Shown: positions 10,019 through 19,759 of the stretch, piece by piece | How positions within the stretch are numbered: position 1 is the stretch's first letter | How the letters are laid out: each line of letters opens with the position of its first letter | NCBI GenBank assembly: GCA_951812955.1 | Contig: OX638340.1 | Span: forward strand, 2,944,001-3,008,000 | Direction: 5' to 3' | Origin: an uncultured Gemmatimonadota bacterium | GTDB lineage: Bacteria; JAAXHH01 | DNA: 64,000 nt | Notes under the pieces: model-generated | Database searches by the model: none | Told to the model about the DNA's origin: nothing | The model's input: the letters and a program-made list of their open reading frames with translations, nothing else | Position numbers and translations under genes: made by a program

Positions 10019-11011
10019 ATGGCAAAAAAGCGTTTGCGCATCGCCTTGATCGGATGCGGAGGCAATATGCGGGGCGCCCACGTGCCGCGCATCCAGGCCG
10101 ACGGCGGCGTCGAGCTTGCCGCGGTCGCGGATACTTCGGAAGAAGCCGCCCTGGCATTGCTGGACAGGTGGGGCAGCCCGGTGCCCTGCTACGCCGATTA
10201 CCGGGAGATGATCCAGGATCAAAAAATCGACGCGGTGATGGTCAGTTCGCCTCACGCCTTGCATTACGAGCAGGTGGACTACGCCCTGGATCAGAATCTG
10301 CACGCCCTCGTCGAGAAGCCGCTCACCATTTCATCGCGGCATACGCGCGCTCTAATCAAGAAAGCGAAGGAAGAGAACCGGATTCTCATGGTCAGCTACC
10401 AGCGCAATTTCATGGCGCCGCATGCCTACGCACGGGAGTTGATTCGAAAGGGCACGATCGGCGAAGTGCGCGGCGTCGTAGCCTACGTCACGCAGAACTG
10501 GGGCGGTACCCGCGGATGGAGACTGGACCCGGCCCTGTCCGGCGGCGGCATGTTTCTCGATACGGGCAGTCATCTCGTGGCTTCCACGCTGTGGATTACG
10601 GATCTCAAACCTCTTGAGGTGAGCGCTTTCCTGGATCTGGCGGGCAGGGACGTGGATATCAACATGGTCGTGGCGGTTCGGTTCGAGGGCGGCGCGTACG
10701 GCACGCTGAACACCTTTGGAAACGCTTCCCGGCATGACGAACGCATCGCGATCCATGGCAGCGAAGGCAGCCTGGTGTTCCACCTGCACCAGTGGCGCGT
10801 CCAATCGGTGCTCTTGAACGACCAGCCCCTGAGCATACCCAAAAGGATCCGGGAGGATACGCCGGACGCGGCGTTCTTTCGCACGATTCGAAACGGCGGG
10901 AAGGGATATGAACTCCCGCACTTCGCGCTCGCCGTATCCCAGGTCAGCGAGGCGGCATACCGTTCGGTGGAGGAAGGAAAGCCCGCCCAGGTCGCGGGAC
11001 GGACCGCCTGA
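10019..11011 (+). CDS. Gfo/Idh/MocA family NAD(P)-dependent oxidoreductase
   Basis: MAKKRLRIALIGCGGNMRGAHVPRI is a Rossmann N-terminus. Catalytic-region blocks EKPL and MVSYQRNF are present. Confidence 0.85.
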   Translation: MAKKRLRIALIGCGGNMRGAHVPRIQADGGVELAAVADTSEEAALALLDRWGSPVPCYADYREMIQDQKIDAVMVSSPHALHYEQVDYALDQNLHALVEKPLTISSRHTRALIKKAKEENRILMVSYQRNFMAPHAYARELIRKGTIGEVRGVVAYVTQNWGGTRGWRLDPALSGGGMFLDTGSHLVASTLWITDLKPLEVSAFLDLAGRDVDINMVVAVRFEGGAYGTLNTFGNASRHDERIAIHGSEGSLVFHLHQWRVQSVLLNDQPLSIPKRIREDTPDAAFFRTIRNGGKGYELPHFALAVSQVSEAAYRSVEEGKPAQVAGRTA

Positions 11012-11033
11012 GCAACGGAACCAGGAGAATCCC

Positions 11034-11825
11034 ATGAGCGAAAAGGGACGGTTGGCCGGCAAGAAGGCGGTCGTCACCGGAGCGGGACGTGGCATCGGCC
11101 AGGCCATCGCGCTGAGACTCGCACAGGAAGGCGCCCATGTCGCCGCCGTGGACATCGACCGCGACAGCGCGGAAGCGACGGCCGGCCTGATCCGGGACGG
11201 CGGAGGCGCCGCCGCAGCGTTGACGGTTGACCTGGTCCGCGTCGACCTCATCGAACCCATGATCGAAGAAGCCGTATCGACGTTGGGCAGGCTGGATATC
11301 CTGGTCAACAACGCGGGAAGGGTGGAGATCAAACCGTTTCTCGACGTAACCGAAACGGAATGGGACCAGATCATGGATCTCAATCTGAAAGGGACGTATT
11401 TCTGCATGCAGGCGGGGGCCCGCAGGATGATCCGGCAGGGGGACGGCGGTCGCATCATCAACATGTCCTCCATTTCGGGCAGGCACGGCCGGGCCGATTC
11501 GAGCGTGTACGCAGCCAGCAAGATGGGGATCATCAGCATCACGCAGTCCGCCGCGCTTGCCTTCGCGGATCACGGGATCCTGGTCAACGCACTGTGCCCG
11601 GGCGTCGTGGCCACGCCCATGTGGGACCACATCGACGAGGACCGTGCCCGCCTGTTCGGCTACGAGCGGGGAACGGCCCGTGCGCGGCTCGTGGAGAAGA
11701 TTCCCCTCAAACGAGTCGCCCAGACCGAGGAGATTGCCGCCGCGGCTGTCTTCATCGCTTCCGATGAAAACACGCTGATTACCGGTCAGGCGATTAATGT
11801 AGACGGCGGCATGGAAATGAACTGA
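11034..11825 (+). CDS. SDR family oxidoreductase (3-oxoacyl-ACP reductase/glucose dehydrogenase-like)
   Basis: TGAGRGIGQAIA glycine motif, NNAG, and a YAASK catalytic Tyr-Lys pair. AGGAGA RBS precedes the ATG at 11034. Confidence 0.88.
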   Translation: MSEKGRLAGKKAVVTGAGRGIGQAIALRLAQEGAHVAAVDIDRDSAEATAGLIRDGGGAAAALTVDLVRVDLIEPMIEEAVSTLGRLDILVNNAGRVEIKPFLDVTETEWDQIMDLNLKGTYFCMQAGARRMIRQGDGGRIINMSSISGRHGRADSSVYAASKMGIISITQSAALAFADHGILVNALCPGVVATPMWDHIDEDRARLFGYERGTARARLVEKIPLKRVAQTEEIAAAAVFIASDENTLITGQAINVDGGMEMN

Positions 11826-11878
11826 ATCCACGGGTGGCGCGTTAGAGCAAACCCAGACGCGGCCGTTCGGGATTGACC

Positions 11879-11907
11879 TTGACAGTGCTGAGCGTCCGCC
11901 GTATACT
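11879..11907 (+). promoter_or_regulatory. Sigma70-like promoter (TTGACA-17 nt-TATACT) upstream of kptA
   Basis: Near-consensus -35/-10 elements with 17-nt spacing lie ~70 nt upstream of the start codon of 11977. Confidence 0.5.
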
Positions 11908-11976
11908 CGGTAGGTTCCAGATCTAAAGGCTGATCCCACCACTTCGTACTGGCCAGGCACAGGAAAGACACTATCA

Positions 11977-12579
11977 ATGGATCCAATAAGACGCGAGAGA
12001 CTTTCCAAGCTCCTTTCCCTGATACTCCGGCATAAACCCGAAAGATTCTCCATATCCCTCGATGAAAGGGGATTCGCACTGATCGACGACATCGTCGAGG
12101 CCATCCAGGAGAAGTTCGATCATCTGTCGACGGATGAAATCCTTGAGATAGCCGACGGCGCCGAGAAGAGAAGGTTCGAAGTGGACGGGGACCGCATACG
12201 GGCGCGGTACGGACACAGTTTCCCCATCGATCTGGGGCTGCCTCCCGCGGACCCGCCCGAGTTTCTCTACTACGCGACGGTACCCGCGCGGGCCTCGGTC
12301 ATAACCAATGGCGGCCTGTCCCCGAGCGACCGCCAGTATGTCCATCTTTCCCTGTCCGAAGAAATCGCGACGCAGGTAGCCATGAACCAGACGGATTCGC
12401 CGGTTGTTTTCCGCATCAACGCCCGGCAGGCAACCGAGGCCGGCGTGAACTTCTACGATCGCTCGCCAGTCATCCTGACGTCGGGCGTGCCCTCGGAGTT
12501 TATCGACGTGCTGAAGGAAGCGGCGCCTCCTCCCGCCGTATTTGGCCGCCGCAGGCGGAAGGCTCCTCCGCGCAGATAG
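11977..12579 (+). CDS. kptA: RNA 2'-phosphotransferase (Tpt1/KptA family)
   Basis: LSKLLSLILRHKPERFSISLDERGFALIDDIV ... HGT-like core ... RQYVHLS are Tpt1 motifs. Confidence 0.85.
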   Translation: MDPIRRERLSKLLSLILRHKPERFSISLDERGFALIDDIVEAIQEKFDHLSTDEILEIADGAEKRRFEVDGDRIRARYGHSFPIDLGLPPADPPEFLYYATVPARASVITNGGLSPSDRQYVHLSLSEEIATQVAMNQTDSPVVFRINARQATEAGVNFYDRSPVILTSGVPSEFIDVLKEAAPPPAVFGRRRRKAPPRR

Positions 12580-12580
12580 C

Positions 12581-13696
12581 ATGCGCCGCCTCGTCCTCCC
12601 CTTACTGGGCCTGCTGCTTGCGATTAGCCTGCTATTGTTCGACCTGACCATCCTGTGGTCGGGCCGCACCGCCATACGTCCCGTGATGCAGAAAGGCGTC
12701 GCCCTGGGGGTATTCAAAGCCTCCAAGGGAATGTCCTACTACCAGTCCTCCCTGGAAGACATCGCGGCCCTGGGCGCATCCCACCTTTCCGTACCTGTTT
12801 TCATCCTGCAGGATTCCGTAGATTCCGTCACCCATTTCTCCCGCCCGTCGGACGGCGCCACGCGGGAACAGCACGAACGCGTCGTCCGGGAAGTCATCGA
12901 CTACGCCCACCGGATGGGCTTGAAGGTCCTGCTCACGCCCATCGTCAACCTGGATCGCCCCGGCAAGAATGAATGGCGCGGGACCATAGCTCCGCGAGAC
13001 GTAGACGCATGGTTTGAGAGTTACCGGGGTCAGATCCGTCATTACGCCCTGCTGGCGGCGGAAATGGACGTTGAGTATCTGAGCGTCGGTACCGAACTCG
13101 TATCGACCGAAAGGTTCACCGGGCAGTGGCGGGAGATCATCGCCGAGGTGCGTGGGGTCTTTCCGGGACAACTCACCTATTCCGCGAACTGGGACCGGAT
13201 CGACCAGGTCGCCTTCTGGGACGAACTCGACTACGTGGGGATATCGGCGTACTACGAGTTGTCGGAATCTGAGGACCCCACCGTGGAAGAACTGGTCTCC
13301 GCGTGGAGCCCGGTCAAGGCGGGGTTGTTGCGCTGGCAGGCCCGGTGGAACAAACCCCTGCTGTTCACCGAGATCGGTTACATGAGCCAGTCCGGGGTCG
13401 CCGGCCATCCCTGGAACTATGTGTCGGAGGCCCCCCTCGACCTGGAGGCTCAGCGGATATGCTACGAGGCGCTGCGGCTGGCCTGGGAAGGGGAGGAACG
13501 GTTTGCAGGCCTGTACCTGTGGATATGGGAACCGGACAAACGGGGTGAATTGGACCGGGGTTACAATTTCGCGGGGAAACCCGCGGAAACCGTCGTGCGC
13601 GACTGGTTCCACAGCCTGCCGGACAATGCCAACGTCCTCGATTACGCCGTCAACGGCATGGAGAGGTTTCTGCGTTCCCTGCGAACGGGACTGTGA
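12581..13696 (+). CDS. Secreted/membrane-anchored glycoside hydrolase, clan GH-A TIM barrel (GH5/GH113-like)
   Basis: N-terminal hydrophobic anchor. Putative acid/base NE (GKNEW) and nucleophile Glu (LLFTEIGY). Family assignment is uncertain. Confidence 0.5.
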   Translation: MRRLVLPLLGLLLAISLLLFDLTILWSGRTAIRPVMQKGVALGVFKASKGMSYYQSSLEDIAALGASHLSVPVFILQDSVDSVTHFSRPSDGATREQHERVVREVIDYAHRMGLKVLLTPIVNLDRPGKNEWRGTIAPRDVDAWFESYRGQIRHYALLAAEMDVEYLSVGTELVSTERFTGQWREIIAEVRGVFPGQLTYSANWDRIDQVAFWDELDYVGISAYYELSESEDPTVEELVSAWSPVKAGLLRWQARWNKPLLFTEIGYMSQSGVAGHPWNYVSEAPLDLEAQRICYEALRLAWEGEERFAGLYLWIWEPDKRGELDRGYNFAGKPAETVVRDWFHSLPDNANVLDYAVNGMERFLRSLRTGL

Positions 13697-13758
13697 GGTA
13701 ACCGGCGCGCGCCGCTCTCGGACCGCCGCTCTCGGGACGCCTGGCCAGCCTGGACCGT

Positions 13759-15687
13759 CTAAACGGACACCGGCGCCTCGTGACCACCGTAGCCGAGTGC
13801 TTTCACGTCCCGATGCAGCCGATCGAGCACCCTGGTCCGTACCTCTTCGAACATCTCCCGGGTCAGGAAACTCACGCCGGGCAGGTCGCCCTTGGGCTGA
13901 CCCACGAAAACGTCGGACGGCAGATCGTATTCGGACTCCGTGATCCCCTGTTTCTGTTCGAGGGAAAACCCCAGGATGTGGGCCCGGTAGGTGGCGTCCA
14001 GCACCCGCTCGGCTGAGAAGGGCACGCCGAAAACGGACTCGATGCCTTCGCTGACCTGGTCCGGCGGGGCCATGGTGAACAAACATCCGCCATGCAGGTC
14101 CTTGTTGACCATCTTCCACCCTTCCTCGGTGATGTTGTGGACCCAGTAGTCCGCCGAATCGGGCTTGCAGTCCGGGTCCATCACGTATAGCAGGAAGGTG
14201 CGCATGGACATGTGGCCGCCGGCCACGGCGAAGGGGTAGCCCGGATTGGTCTGTCCCAGATAGGCGGAGAACTCGACCCCTTTGGCATGCATCGCGAAGC
14301 CCTCGCCACCGATCTCTTCGGCAATCACCCGGACACCCTTTCCGAATAGGGGTTCGCGGCCATAGGCGATATCCTCTTTAAGTCGGCGCGCACCTTCCGC
14401 GTCCCCGAAGGTTACGCCGCCCGCAACGGTGCCGTTACCACGGGAATTGTAGTCCATCAGGAAGGAGAGCACGACGTTGGCCGATATGGTATCGAACCCC
14501 AGGTCGTCGTCCAGCCGGGCGAGTTCCAGGTTGTCATGTGGATCCAGGATGCCGAGGTTGGCGCCGGACAGTTCCATGGGCTCGAACTCGAACCGGCCGA
14601 GGTAATCTCCATGGTTCCTCCGGGCCTTGCGCCAATCGGGATCCTTGCCGCCTTCCGGGATGTCGTAGAAGTCCTGGTGGCACGTTATCTGGCAGCCGTA
14701 GCAGCTCTTGTCGATGACGATGAAATCGTCCGATTCCCGCATGGTTTCCAGGTGTACCGGAACGGCCACGTTCTCGCCGGGCGGTTCGAAGTTCCGGTAG
14801 GGCAGCACGCCGAATCCATCGAGGATCTTGCTGTTCTTGCCCGTTCCGCCCAGTCCGTTCCGGTTGTGTGGATGGCGGTAACCCCGGCTCTGCTCGCCCC
14901 GCCCGATCTCGTTGTTGATGACCTTGAGCCGGTCGTCGCCCTTTCGGTAATAGTCCGTTTCCGACCTGGCCACAATGCCGATGATGTTCTTGGAACCGAG
15001 CACCGAGCCCATGCCGAGCCGGCCCGCGAACCGCCACTTGTCTTCCCCGCTCATCAACTGTTCCTGCGTCGATCCGACAATGGCCGCGTACCAGACCGTT
15101 TTCCAGTTTTCACCGGCCGGTCCGACGACGGCGAAATGGGCGTGGTATTCCTTGTCTTCATCGTTGTACTGCTCATCCAGATAGACCATCTTGTCCCGTA
15201 CCCGCGCGCCGACAAGATGTGCCGGGGCTTCGATCAGGGAAATATAGGGGCCGTCACTGGTCTGCTTTATAACCAGGAAGCTGGGACGATCCGCGCGGCC
15301 GGTGAGTATCAGGTCGCCGATGCCGGTATAGGAGAACTTGCGTCCGAAACTCCCGCTCATGGCCGACCAGACGGGCATGGGCTTTCCCGCCCGGGTACGT
15401 TTCAACGGGGAAAAACCCGAGAAATACGCCCGCAGCCCGGTCATGAACTGCGTGCCGGTGAAGCAGCCGGTGTTGATGACCAGCGGGGCATCCGGCGCGA
15501 AGGGATCGCTCACTTCATAGCCCGAGAGGATCTTGAACGACCGGCCGATGCCCCCGAGGAAGTCCATGTCGTCCTTGACCCGAAGGTCGTCGCTTCGGAC
15601 CTCGCGACCGGCGGACAGGTCGTATTCGATGCGGGTGTAGGTATAGTCGGTCACGTCTCCCGGCGTGCCGTTTCCAGGTTTCAGCAC
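13759..15687 (-). CDS. Aldehyde:ferredoxin oxidoreductase family (tungsten/molybdopterin AOR)
   Basis: 642 aa with N-terminal AOR_N and C-terminal AOR blocks (GxGTGKN.., EFS..). Confidence 0.75.
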   Translation of the reverse strand: MLKPGNGTPGDVTDYTYTRIEYDLSAGREVRSDDLRVKDDMDFLGGIGRSFKILSGYEVSDPFAPDAPLVINTGCFTGTQFMTGLRAYFSGFSPLKRTRAGKPMPVWSAMSGSFGRKFSYTGIGDLILTGRADRPSFLVIKQTSDGPYISLIEAPAHLVGARVRDKMVYLDEQYNDEDKEYHAHFAVVGPAGENWKTVWYAAIVGSTQEQLMSGEDKWRFAGRLGMGSVLGSKNIIGIVARSETDYYRKGDDRLKVINNEIGRGEQSRGYRHPHNRNGLGGTGKNSKILDGFGVLPYRNFEPPGENVAVPVHLETMRESDDFIVIDKSCYGCQITCHQDFYDIPEGGKDPDWRKARRNHGDYLGRFEFEPMELSGANLGILDPHDNLELARLDDDLGFDTISANVVLSFLMDYNSRGNGTVAGGVTFGDAEGARRLKEDIAYGREPLFGKGVRVIAEEIGGEGFAMHAKGVEFSAYLGQTNPGYPFAVAGGHMSMRTFLLYVMDPDCKPDSADYWVHNITEEGWKMVNKDLHGGCLFTMAPPDQVSEGIESVFGVPFSAERVLDATYRAHILGFSLEQKQGITESEYDLPSDVFVGQPKGDLPGVSFLTREMFEEVRTRVLDRLHRDVKALGYGGHEAPVSV

Positions 15688-15987
15688 GATATCCCCCTCG
15701 CTGTTGTACGGGTATCTGTTAACATCGTCATCGTTTTGGTATTCAAACGGGACCGCGCTGCATCACCACGCGGTCACGTATAATATATCAGGATTACGCA
15801 TACGAAAACAGCAATAATCCCTGCGGGGCAATGGGCGGTTGACAATTCCCCTGTATTTCATTAAAAATAACTGAAATCCACCACCAGGAACCATACGCAG
15901 GCGTGATTCACGAAATACGCGGATAACTCGACACCCCGACCGCGCCAACCACACACCACTTCGAGCTACGCCAAGCCGAGGACATCG

Positions 15988-16911
15988 ATGACAGACCTTT
16001 CCCAGCAGACCGAACCCGCGATCGAGGTCCCCCGGATCGTGGACGATGAACAGATCCAGTTCTACGTGGATAACGGGTATCTCGTCGTGCCCGACTTGAT
16101 GACCGGCGACGAACTGCAGGAACTGAAGGACGACCTGGTCGACGTGGCCCGGGGAAAGTATCCCTGCAGGGGGCTTGACCCGCCGGCGCCCGATGACACC
16201 GACGACGACGTGTTGCAGCGCATCCTGTGTATCCACCAGCCCCACTTCGTCAGCCAGGTGATCGAGCAGTACGTGCGCCATCCGAAGATCTGCGGGGTGC
16301 TGAGCCAGATTACCGCGGCCCATCTGCCCTACTGGGACGGGAGCGTAAAGTGCATGCAGTCCATGTACTTCATCAAGCCGCCCCGGTTCCAGGGCCAGGC
16401 CTGGCACCAGGACGAGATCTTCATCCCCACGCGGGACCGGTCCCTGATCGGCGCGTGGATCGCCGTGGACGACGCCACGATCGAGAACGGTTGCCTGTAT
16501 GTCGTGCCCGGTTCACACCGGAACGGTTATCTCTATCCGCAGCGGCAGCACGAGAACCCCGACGAGTTCGACTTTGCGCCCGAGAGCTACGGATTCGACG
16601 AGTCCGTGGAAGTGCCGGTCGAAGTCCGCGCCGGAGCCCTGGTCTTCTTCAACGGCTATCTCCTGCATCGGTCCTACAAGAACCGCAGCGATCAGCCCCG
16701 CCGCGTGCTGGTGAACCACTACTGCAACGCGTGGAGCCTGCTGCCCTGGGGCATCGAAGAGGGCGAGCGTCCCGCCACGGCCGACCGTCGCACGATCGTT
16801 CCGGTTTCCGGCACCGACCCCTACGCCTGGAAGGGCTACGAACCCACGCAGGACACGATCTGGATACGCAACTGCAAGGCGGCGGATGATATGAAGGAGG
16901 AGGCGGAGTAG
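15988..16911 (+). CDS. Phytanoyl-CoA dioxygenase (PhyH) family Fe(II)/2-oxoglutarate-dependent oxygenase
   Basis: AWHQDE (H-x-D) motif, a distal His, and a 2OG-binding Arg. Confidence 0.8.
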   Translation: MTDLSQQTEPAIEVPRIVDDEQIQFYVDNGYLVVPDLMTGDELQELKDDLVDVARGKYPCRGLDPPAPDDTDDDVLQRILCIHQPHFVSQVIEQYVRHPKICGVLSQITAAHLPYWDGSVKCMQSMYFIKPPRFQGQAWHQDEIFIPTRDRSLIGAWIAVDDATIENGCLYVVPGSHRNGYLYPQRQHENPDEFDFAPESYGFDESVEVPVEVRAGALVFFNGYLLHRSYKNRSDQPRRVLVNHYCNAWSLLPWGIEEGERPATADRRTIVPVSGTDPYAWKGYEPTQDTIWIRNCKAADDMKEEAE

Positions 16912-17170
16912 ACGGGGCCCGGCGAGAGATAGCTATTATCAAACTCGCACCGGGTAACGTCGTCGATTGCGAACCTGTAGACTTTAAGGGCGCCGTCGTT
17001 CGGCGTACTTTTGACCAGCGTCCTCTCAACCGGTGTTCTTTCGGCCGGCGTCCTCGTATTCTCCTCTAACCCAGCCTGCGTGTCCATCCTGATCAGCCCG
17101 CAAATCCGTTGACGTAACGGCCTCTTCCCCTTAGCTTCCGCTTTGCTTGTAATACCTAAACGCCTTATCA

Positions 17171-18664
17171 ATGTATCATCCCGTTTCCCGCGGAGCCCCC
17201 GTGAACGTCATCTGCATCTGCCTGGACACCTTTCGCGCCGACATCATCGGCCCGGGCAGGAAGTTCAGCCACGCGCACACGCCCAATCTCGACGCTTTCC
17301 ACGGCGGCAGCATCCGGTTCAACCGAGCGTATGGCGAAGGGCAGCCCACGCTGCAGGTCCGCCGCGCGCTGTTCACCGGGATGCGCAGTTTCCCCTGGCG
17401 TTACAACTTCGACCGGCGCGGACACTGGCATCATGCTCCAGGCTGGCACAAGATTCCCCCGGAGCAGGACACGATCGCCGAGGTGCTGCTGGAACGAGGG
17501 TACCTGACGGCCCTCATCGCCGACACCTATCATATGTTCAAGCCCACCATGAACTTTGCCCGGGGATTCGCGCACCTGGATTTTGTGCGGGGGCAGGAAT
17601 CGGACAACTGGAAAAGCGGTGACCCCCGGCTGGTGGAGGCGCAGCTCGCCCGGCACGTCCGGTCGCCCGTGGACATGGCCCGGCACGTGGGACTTGTGAA
17701 CTACCTGCTCAACCAGCGACACCGGAGGGAAAAGGACGACTACCAGTGCGCCCGGGTATTCAATTCGGCCTGCGAGTGGCTGGCCGACAACCATACGGCG
17801 GGGCCCTTCTTCCTGTGGGTAGACAGCTTCGATCCCCACGAGCCATGGGATCCGCCGCCGGAATATGCGGACCGGTACTGCGAGCATGACGGCCTCGATT
17901 TCATCCAGCCCGGCCCCGCTTACAGTAGAGGCGGGCCAGGCGGGGGCGGCCCGGGCGGACCATCGGAAGCGGAACTCAGGCGCATCGAGGCGCTGTACCT
18001 CGGCGAGGTCACCCTCGTGGACGAGTATGTGGGCCGGTTGCTGAACGCGGCCGCGGACCTGAACCTGCTCGATGAGACCATGGTCGTGATTCTGTCGGAC
18101 CACGGCACACAACTGCTGGACCAGGGGAAGTTCGGCAAGGGGCCTGATGAACTGCATCCCTTCAATACCCAGCTCAACCTCATGATGCGGGTACCTGGCG
18201 GGCCCGCGGACCTCGACGTGGACGCCTTCGTGCAAAACCACGACCTCATGCCCACGCTGCTCGGACGGCTCGGGATGCGGGCGGAGTGGACGGACGGGGA
18301 GGACCTGTGGCCGTTGGTCACGGGCGAAAAGGCATCGGTTCGCGACCGCGTGGTGACCGGATGGGCGGGCTTTGTCACGGGGAACGCCGTGGGCAGGGCC
18401 AGCGTCCGAGACGATCGCTGGAACTACTGCACGGCGGTGGGGTACGAGGACGAGGCTGGCGATGAACTCTTCGACCTGGAGGCTGATCCGGAAGAGCGGC
18501 GAAACGTGGCCGGTCTCCATCCAGAGATCGTCGCGGATCGCCGTACCGACGTGGAGGCCGTGATCGGCCAGCCTCTCCCCGGACAGATGGTGGAGGTGTG
18601 CGATGCGGCCCCCGGGCCCATGTCGCACTGGCTGGGACAGTTGCTGAAGAAGAGACAGGGTTGA
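17171..18664 (+). CDS. Sulfatase family protein (alkaline-phosphatase superfamily)
   Basis: ICICLDTFRAD N-terminal motif (C-x-x-x-R-like) and the general arylsulfatase fold. The larger antisense ORF 17168..18850 has arbitrary composition and is a shadow. Confidence 0.7.
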   Translation: MYHPVSRGAPVNVICICLDTFRADIIGPGRKFSHAHTPNLDAFHGGSIRFNRAYGEGQPTLQVRRALFTGMRSFPWRYNFDRRGHWHHAPGWHKIPPEQDTIAEVLLERGYLTALIADTYHMFKPTMNFARGFAHLDFVRGQESDNWKSGDPRLVEAQLARHVRSPVDMARHVGLVNYLLNQRHRREKDDYQCARVFNSACEWLADNHTAGPFFLWVDSFDPHEPWDPPPEYADRYCEHDGLDFIQPGPAYSRGGPGGGGPGGPSEAELRRIEALYLGEVTLVDEYVGRLLNAAADLNLLDETMVVILSDHGTQLLDQGKFGKGPDELHPFNTQLNLMMRVPGGPADLDVDAFVQNHDLMPTLLGRLGMRAEWTDGEDLWPLVTGEKASVRDRVVTGWAGFVTGNAVGRASVRDDRWNYCTAVGYEDEAGDELFDLEADPEERRNVAGLHPEIVADRRTDVEAVIGQPLPGQMVEVCDAAPGPMSHWLGQLLKKRQG

Positions 18665-18815
18665 ATCGTGGGTGGGCGGCGTGTAGGCGGCGTGTAAGCC
18701 GATCGCGCCCAACGCCGAAGCCATGCGCGCACCGAACCGCGCATAAACGATGGTCTGAAATAGCGGTCTGAAATAGCCATGAAGAAGAGTATGCAATCCA
18801 AACCTTTTATTGAGT

Positions 18816-18829
18816 TGTACAATTGTACA
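18816..18829. promoter_or_regulatory. Perfect 14-bp palindrome TGTACAATTGTACA (candidate operator) ~35 nt upstream of SDR gene 18865
   Basis: Exact reverse-complement symmetry in an AT-rich patch within a GC-rich genome. It is preceded by a perfect 13-bp tandem repeat (GGTCTGAAATAGC)x2 at 18751-18776. Confidence 0.4.
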
Positions 18830-18864
18830 TCTGATGTGGTCTTCATGCAACAGGAGTATTCAGC

Positions 18865-19647
18865 ATGCGGTTAGCAGGCAGGGCGGCCATCGTGACCGGC
18901 GCGGGGGACGGGATAGGGCGCGGGATCGCGCTGGCGCTTGCCCGGGAAGGCGCTTCGGTGGCGGTGTGCGACGTGAACGCCGACACGGTGACGGAGACCG
19001 GACGGCTGGTCGCCGAGACGGGACGGCCCGTCCTGGCGGAATCTCTGGACATCACCGACCACGGCGGGGTCAGGTCCTTCGTAGAGAGGGCGGCGTCCCG
19101 GATGGGGCGGATCGACATCCTGGTTAATAACGCCGCCATCATGCCCGTGTCCCCCGTCGAAGAGCAGGACGAAGCGGTGATGGCCCGCATCCTCTCCGTC
19201 AACCTGCTGGCCCCCGCCGTCTTCAGCAAGTATTGTATCCCGCACATGCGAGCCGCGGGCGGCGGATCGATCATTCACATGGCGAGTGTCACGGGCCACA
19301 ATGGGCATCCGGGGGTCGCGGTCTACGGGGCGACGAAGGGTGGACTGATCGCGCTGGCCCGGGGACAGGCCATGGAACTCGCCGTGGACAGGATCAGGGT
19401 GAATACAGTCTCTCCCGGCACGGTGGATTCCCCCATGTTGCACAACTTCGTGAATGAGAACGCCGAGGATCCGGAAGCCGCGCTCAGGGCCTTCGATCGG
19501 CTGCACCCCATCGGCCGGATTGCCACCATCGAGGAGGTCGCCAACGTCTTCGTGTTCCTGGCGAGCGACGAATCCAGCGATATCACGGCGGCGGATATCC
19601 GCTGCGACGGCGGCTACGCGGTCCAGGGCCGGCAGCCGACGGAATAA
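18865..19647 (+). CDS. SDR family oxidoreductase
   Basis: TGAGDGIGRGIA, NNAA, and a YGATK catalytic pair. Confidence 0.88.
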   Translation: MRLAGRAAIVTGAGDGIGRGIALALAREGASVAVCDVNADTVTETGRLVAETGRPVLAESLDITDHGGVRSFVERAASRMGRIDILVNNAAIMPVSPVEEQDEAVMARILSVNLLAPAVFSKYCIPHMRAAGGGSIIHMASVTGHNGHPGVAVYGATKGGLIALARGQAMELAVDRIRVNTVSPGTVDSPMLHNFVNENAEDPEAALRAFDRLHPIGRIATIEEVANVFVFLASDESSDITAADIRCDGGYAVQGRQPTE

Positions 19648-19730
19648 CGGCAAGGAGAAGATCCGCTCATCTGCGACGGCGGCTACGCGGTCCAGGGCCG
19701 GCAGCCGACGGAATGACGGCTAGATTTCAT
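19594..19730. repeat. ~57-bp direct duplication of the 3' end of the SDR gene (copy 1 19602-19650, copy 2 19671-19719)
   Basis: CTGCGACGGCGGCTACGCGGTCCAGGGCCGGCAGCCGACGGAAT(A/G)ACGG occurs twice. Copy 2 carries TGA instead of TAA. The flanking ATCCGCT is also duplicated. Confidence 0.85.
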
Positions 19731-19759
19731 CGGCCAGGAAACAGCTGCAAGGAGAACAT

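Noticed and set aside
12632-15783. Long antisense ORFs (12632..14119 -, 14536..15783 +)
   Set aside because: They are opposite well-supported GH and AOR genes, and their composition is typical of GC-rich antisense frames.
16836-17171. 111-aa minus-strand ORF spanning the PhyH-sulfatase intergenic region
   Set aside because: It runs through an intergenic promoter region, has no RBS or homology, and would overlap the sulfatase start.
17168-18850. 560-aa minus-strand ORF opposite the sulfatase gene
   Set aside because: No recognisable motifs and His/Arg/Pro-rich composition. The + strand encodes a clear sulfatase-family protein. It is a high-GC shadow ORF.
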